Source of the DNA: Dehalococcoidia bacterium
Lineage (GTDB): Bacteria > Chloroflexota > Dehalococcoidia > UBA2979
NCBI GenBank assembly: GCA_030745285.1
Contig: JASLOV010000063.1
Location: 1 to 42,843 of the forward strand
DNA: 42,843 nucleotides
Direction of reading: 5' to 3'
Part shown: one piece after another, positions 41,277-42,843 of the stretch
Position numbering within the stretch: the stretch's first letter is position 1
How the letters are laid out: each line of letters begins with the position of its first letter
Translations under genes and position numbers: made by a program
Notes under the pieces: model-generated
What the model saw: the letters and a program-made list of their open reading frames with translations, nothing else
What the model was told of the DNA's origin: nothing
Database searches by the model: none

Positions 41277-42843
41277 CTACGGCGTCATGTAGGGCGTCAG
41301 CCATGCGTCGCGCAGCGTGACGGCACGCGCCGGGGCATTCGGAATCTCGACGATCTCGTAGGTCGTGGCGCGGTCGTCCTGGAGACGCACCGGCACCGTC
41401 ACGATCCGATCGCTCCGGGCGACGAGCAGTTCGATCGCGTCGCCTGCGGCCTTCTGTTGCAGGCGCGCCTCGAAGGTCGAGGGGACCGCACGATCGCCGT
41501 CGAGCATCAGGATGACATCGCCCGCCATCAGGCCGGCGTCGTAGCCGGCGCCGCTCGGGGGCATCGCGGACACGATGACGCGGTCGGCGTCGACCGCCGT
41601 CGAGACGCCGAGGGACCGCCGTGGTGGCCCCTGGCCGATCTCGAGGCGTAGGCCAGCGTGGCGCAGGTAGGCGTTGTAGTCGAGTTCTTCGACACCCGAG
41701 ACGTAGCGCGCGAACAGATCCGAGAAGTCCCGGTCGCCGCCCGCCTCGGCAGTGATCAGTTCGACCGCCTCCTGGAAGCCGCCGTCCTCGGCGAAGCCCG
41801 GCTTCGGCAGGCCGTGTTCGGCCATCAGGTAGCGGAAGACGTCGTCGAGACTCGCGCGACCGTCGGTGCGGGCGCGCATCTCCAGGTCGATCAACAGGCC
41901 GATGAGGCTGCCCTTGATGTAGTACGAGATCCCGGTGTGGGCCGAATTGTCCGACCGCGTCCAGGCGTTCCAGCTGGCCGATTCGACGGAGGTGACCAGC
42001 CGACCCGGTGCGCTCCGTAGCGTGTCGATGACCTTGGCCAGTTCGGCGTAGAACTCCGGCCGCGTCCAGAGGCCGGCACGCGTCACCGAGAGGTAGCCGT
42101 AGTAGTCGGACATCCCCTCGGAGACGTACAGATTGCGGGTGTGCTGCGGCCCCGAGTAGTCGAACGGCCCGAGAATCTCCGGCCGGATCCGCTTCACGTT
42201 CCAGAGGTGGAAGAACTCGTGGGCGAAGAGGAACTGCAAGCGATGGTAGTCGGCCGAGTCGAGGTCGTCGTAGCGCTTGAAGCTGATCGTCGTCGAATTC
42301 AGGTGTTCGAGCCCGCCGCCGCGCCGGTTCTGGCCCGTGAGCAGGAAGACGTAGCGATCGAACGGCACGCCGCCCATCATCTCGGCCTGCTCGGCCACGA
42401 TCGCCTTGATCTCACCGATGAAGTGATCGGGGTCGTAGCCGTGCGGGTTCCGGATCGCAACCTCGTAGCGGGCGCCGTGATCGTCGAAGGTCAACAGATC
42501 CAACTGCTCGGCGACGTCGATCGGCGAATCGATCAAGGTGTCGTAGTCGGGTGCCGTGAAGACCCCCGGCCCGGTCGCCGTGAGCCCGGTGGCGAACGTC
42601 CATCCCGCGGGCGCGTCGACGGCGATCGTCACTGGCCCGGTGGCCGGATAGGGCGGGTCGCCGACGACGTACATCAGCGAACGGGTGCCGCTGATCCTCA
42701 CGAACGAGTCGTCCATCGAGCGCGGGCCGACGTACACCTTGTAGTGCACCCGCACCGTCGGCGCGGCGGGCCGGATCCGCCATCGGCTGGTGTCCACCTG
42801 CACCGCATCCAGCGGCTGGCCGTCGCCGTCCTCGGCCCGGAGT
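41277..42843 (-). CDS. M61 glycyl-aminopeptidase-family metallopeptidase with a C-terminal PDZ domain; the 5' end probably lies beyond the right window edge
   Basis: HEFFHLWNVKRIRP is the M61 signature. The PDZ motif is GLMAGDVILMLDG. The track start at 42803 is a GTG, and the frame stays open to 42843 (..LRAEDGDGQPLDAVQVD..). HExxH sits unusually close to the apparent N-terminus. Confidence 0.85.
   Translation of the reverse strand, partial: LRAEDGDGQPLDAVQVDTSRWRIRPAAPTVRVHYKVYVGPRSMDDSFVRISGTRSLMYVVGDPPYPATGPVTIAVDAPAGWTFATGLTATGPGVFTAPDYDTLIDSPIDVAEQLDLLTFDDHGARYEVAIRNPHGYDPDHFIGEIKAIVAEQAEMMGGVPFDRYVFLLTGQNRRGGGLEHLNSTTISFKRYDDLDSADYHRLQFLFAHEFFHLWNVKRIRPEILGPFDYSGPQHTRNLYVSEGMSDYYGYLSVTRAGLWTRPEFYAELAKVIDTLRSAPGRLVTSVESASWNAWTRSDNSAHTGISYYIKGSLIGLLIDLEMRARTDGRASLDDVFRYLMAEHGLPKPGFAEDGGFQEAVELITAEAGGDRDFSDLFARYVSGVEELDYNAYLRHAGLRLEIGQGPPRRSLGVSTAVDADRVIVSAMPPSGAGYDAGLMAGDVILMLDGDRAVPSTFEARLQQKAAGDAIELLVARSDRIVTVPVRLQDDRATTYEIVEIPNAPARAVTLRDAWLTPYMTP

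Overview
Very GC-rich bacterial chromosomal segment. Third codon positions are almost all G/C, so nearly every real gene carries long spurious antisense or shadow ORFs. I support about 34 tightly packed protein-coding genes. I found no rRNA, tRNA, CRISPR array, transposase, integrase or phage gene. The duplicated MacB-like ADOP permease and the overall gene content suggest an Acidobacteriota-like (possibly Gemmatimonadota-like) soil organism; this is inference only.

Contents, left to right:
- Two divergent secreted metallopeptidases: a DUF4953-type zincin that runs off the left edge and is missing from the ORF track, and an M1 peptidase.
- A loose organic or aromatic acid catabolic set: NMT1-like protein, LigB-like dioxygenase, and an operon of amidohydrolase-2, Rieske protein, small ORF, LigJ-like amidohydrolase-2 and MFS transporter.
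- An envelope cluster: lipoprotein alpha/beta hydrolase, DUF481-like OMP, LolA-like protein, single-POTRA Omp85, and an orphan ADOP permease.
- A translationally coupled operon joining a cytoplasmic tungsten/molybdenum AOR and its polyferredoxin to a Tat-exported SoxC/SorA-like molybdoenzyme and SoxD-like cytochrome c.
- A hybrid histidine kinase (two receivers), a stand-alone Hpt protein, a prepilin operon, and a PilB/GspE-class assembly ATPase with a canonical receiver domain fused to its C-terminus.
- A sulfatase, an MBL lipoprotein, pxpA, a prpE-like/acuI pair, and M28 plus M61-PDZ peptidases.

The best candidate for an undescribed system is the kinase/Hpt/ATPase locus. It looks like an H1-D1-H2-D2 phosphorelay whose only terminal receiver in cis sits on a type IV filament motor ATPase rather than on a transcription factor.

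All calls rest on manual translation, motif recognition and remembered family knowledge. No database search was run.
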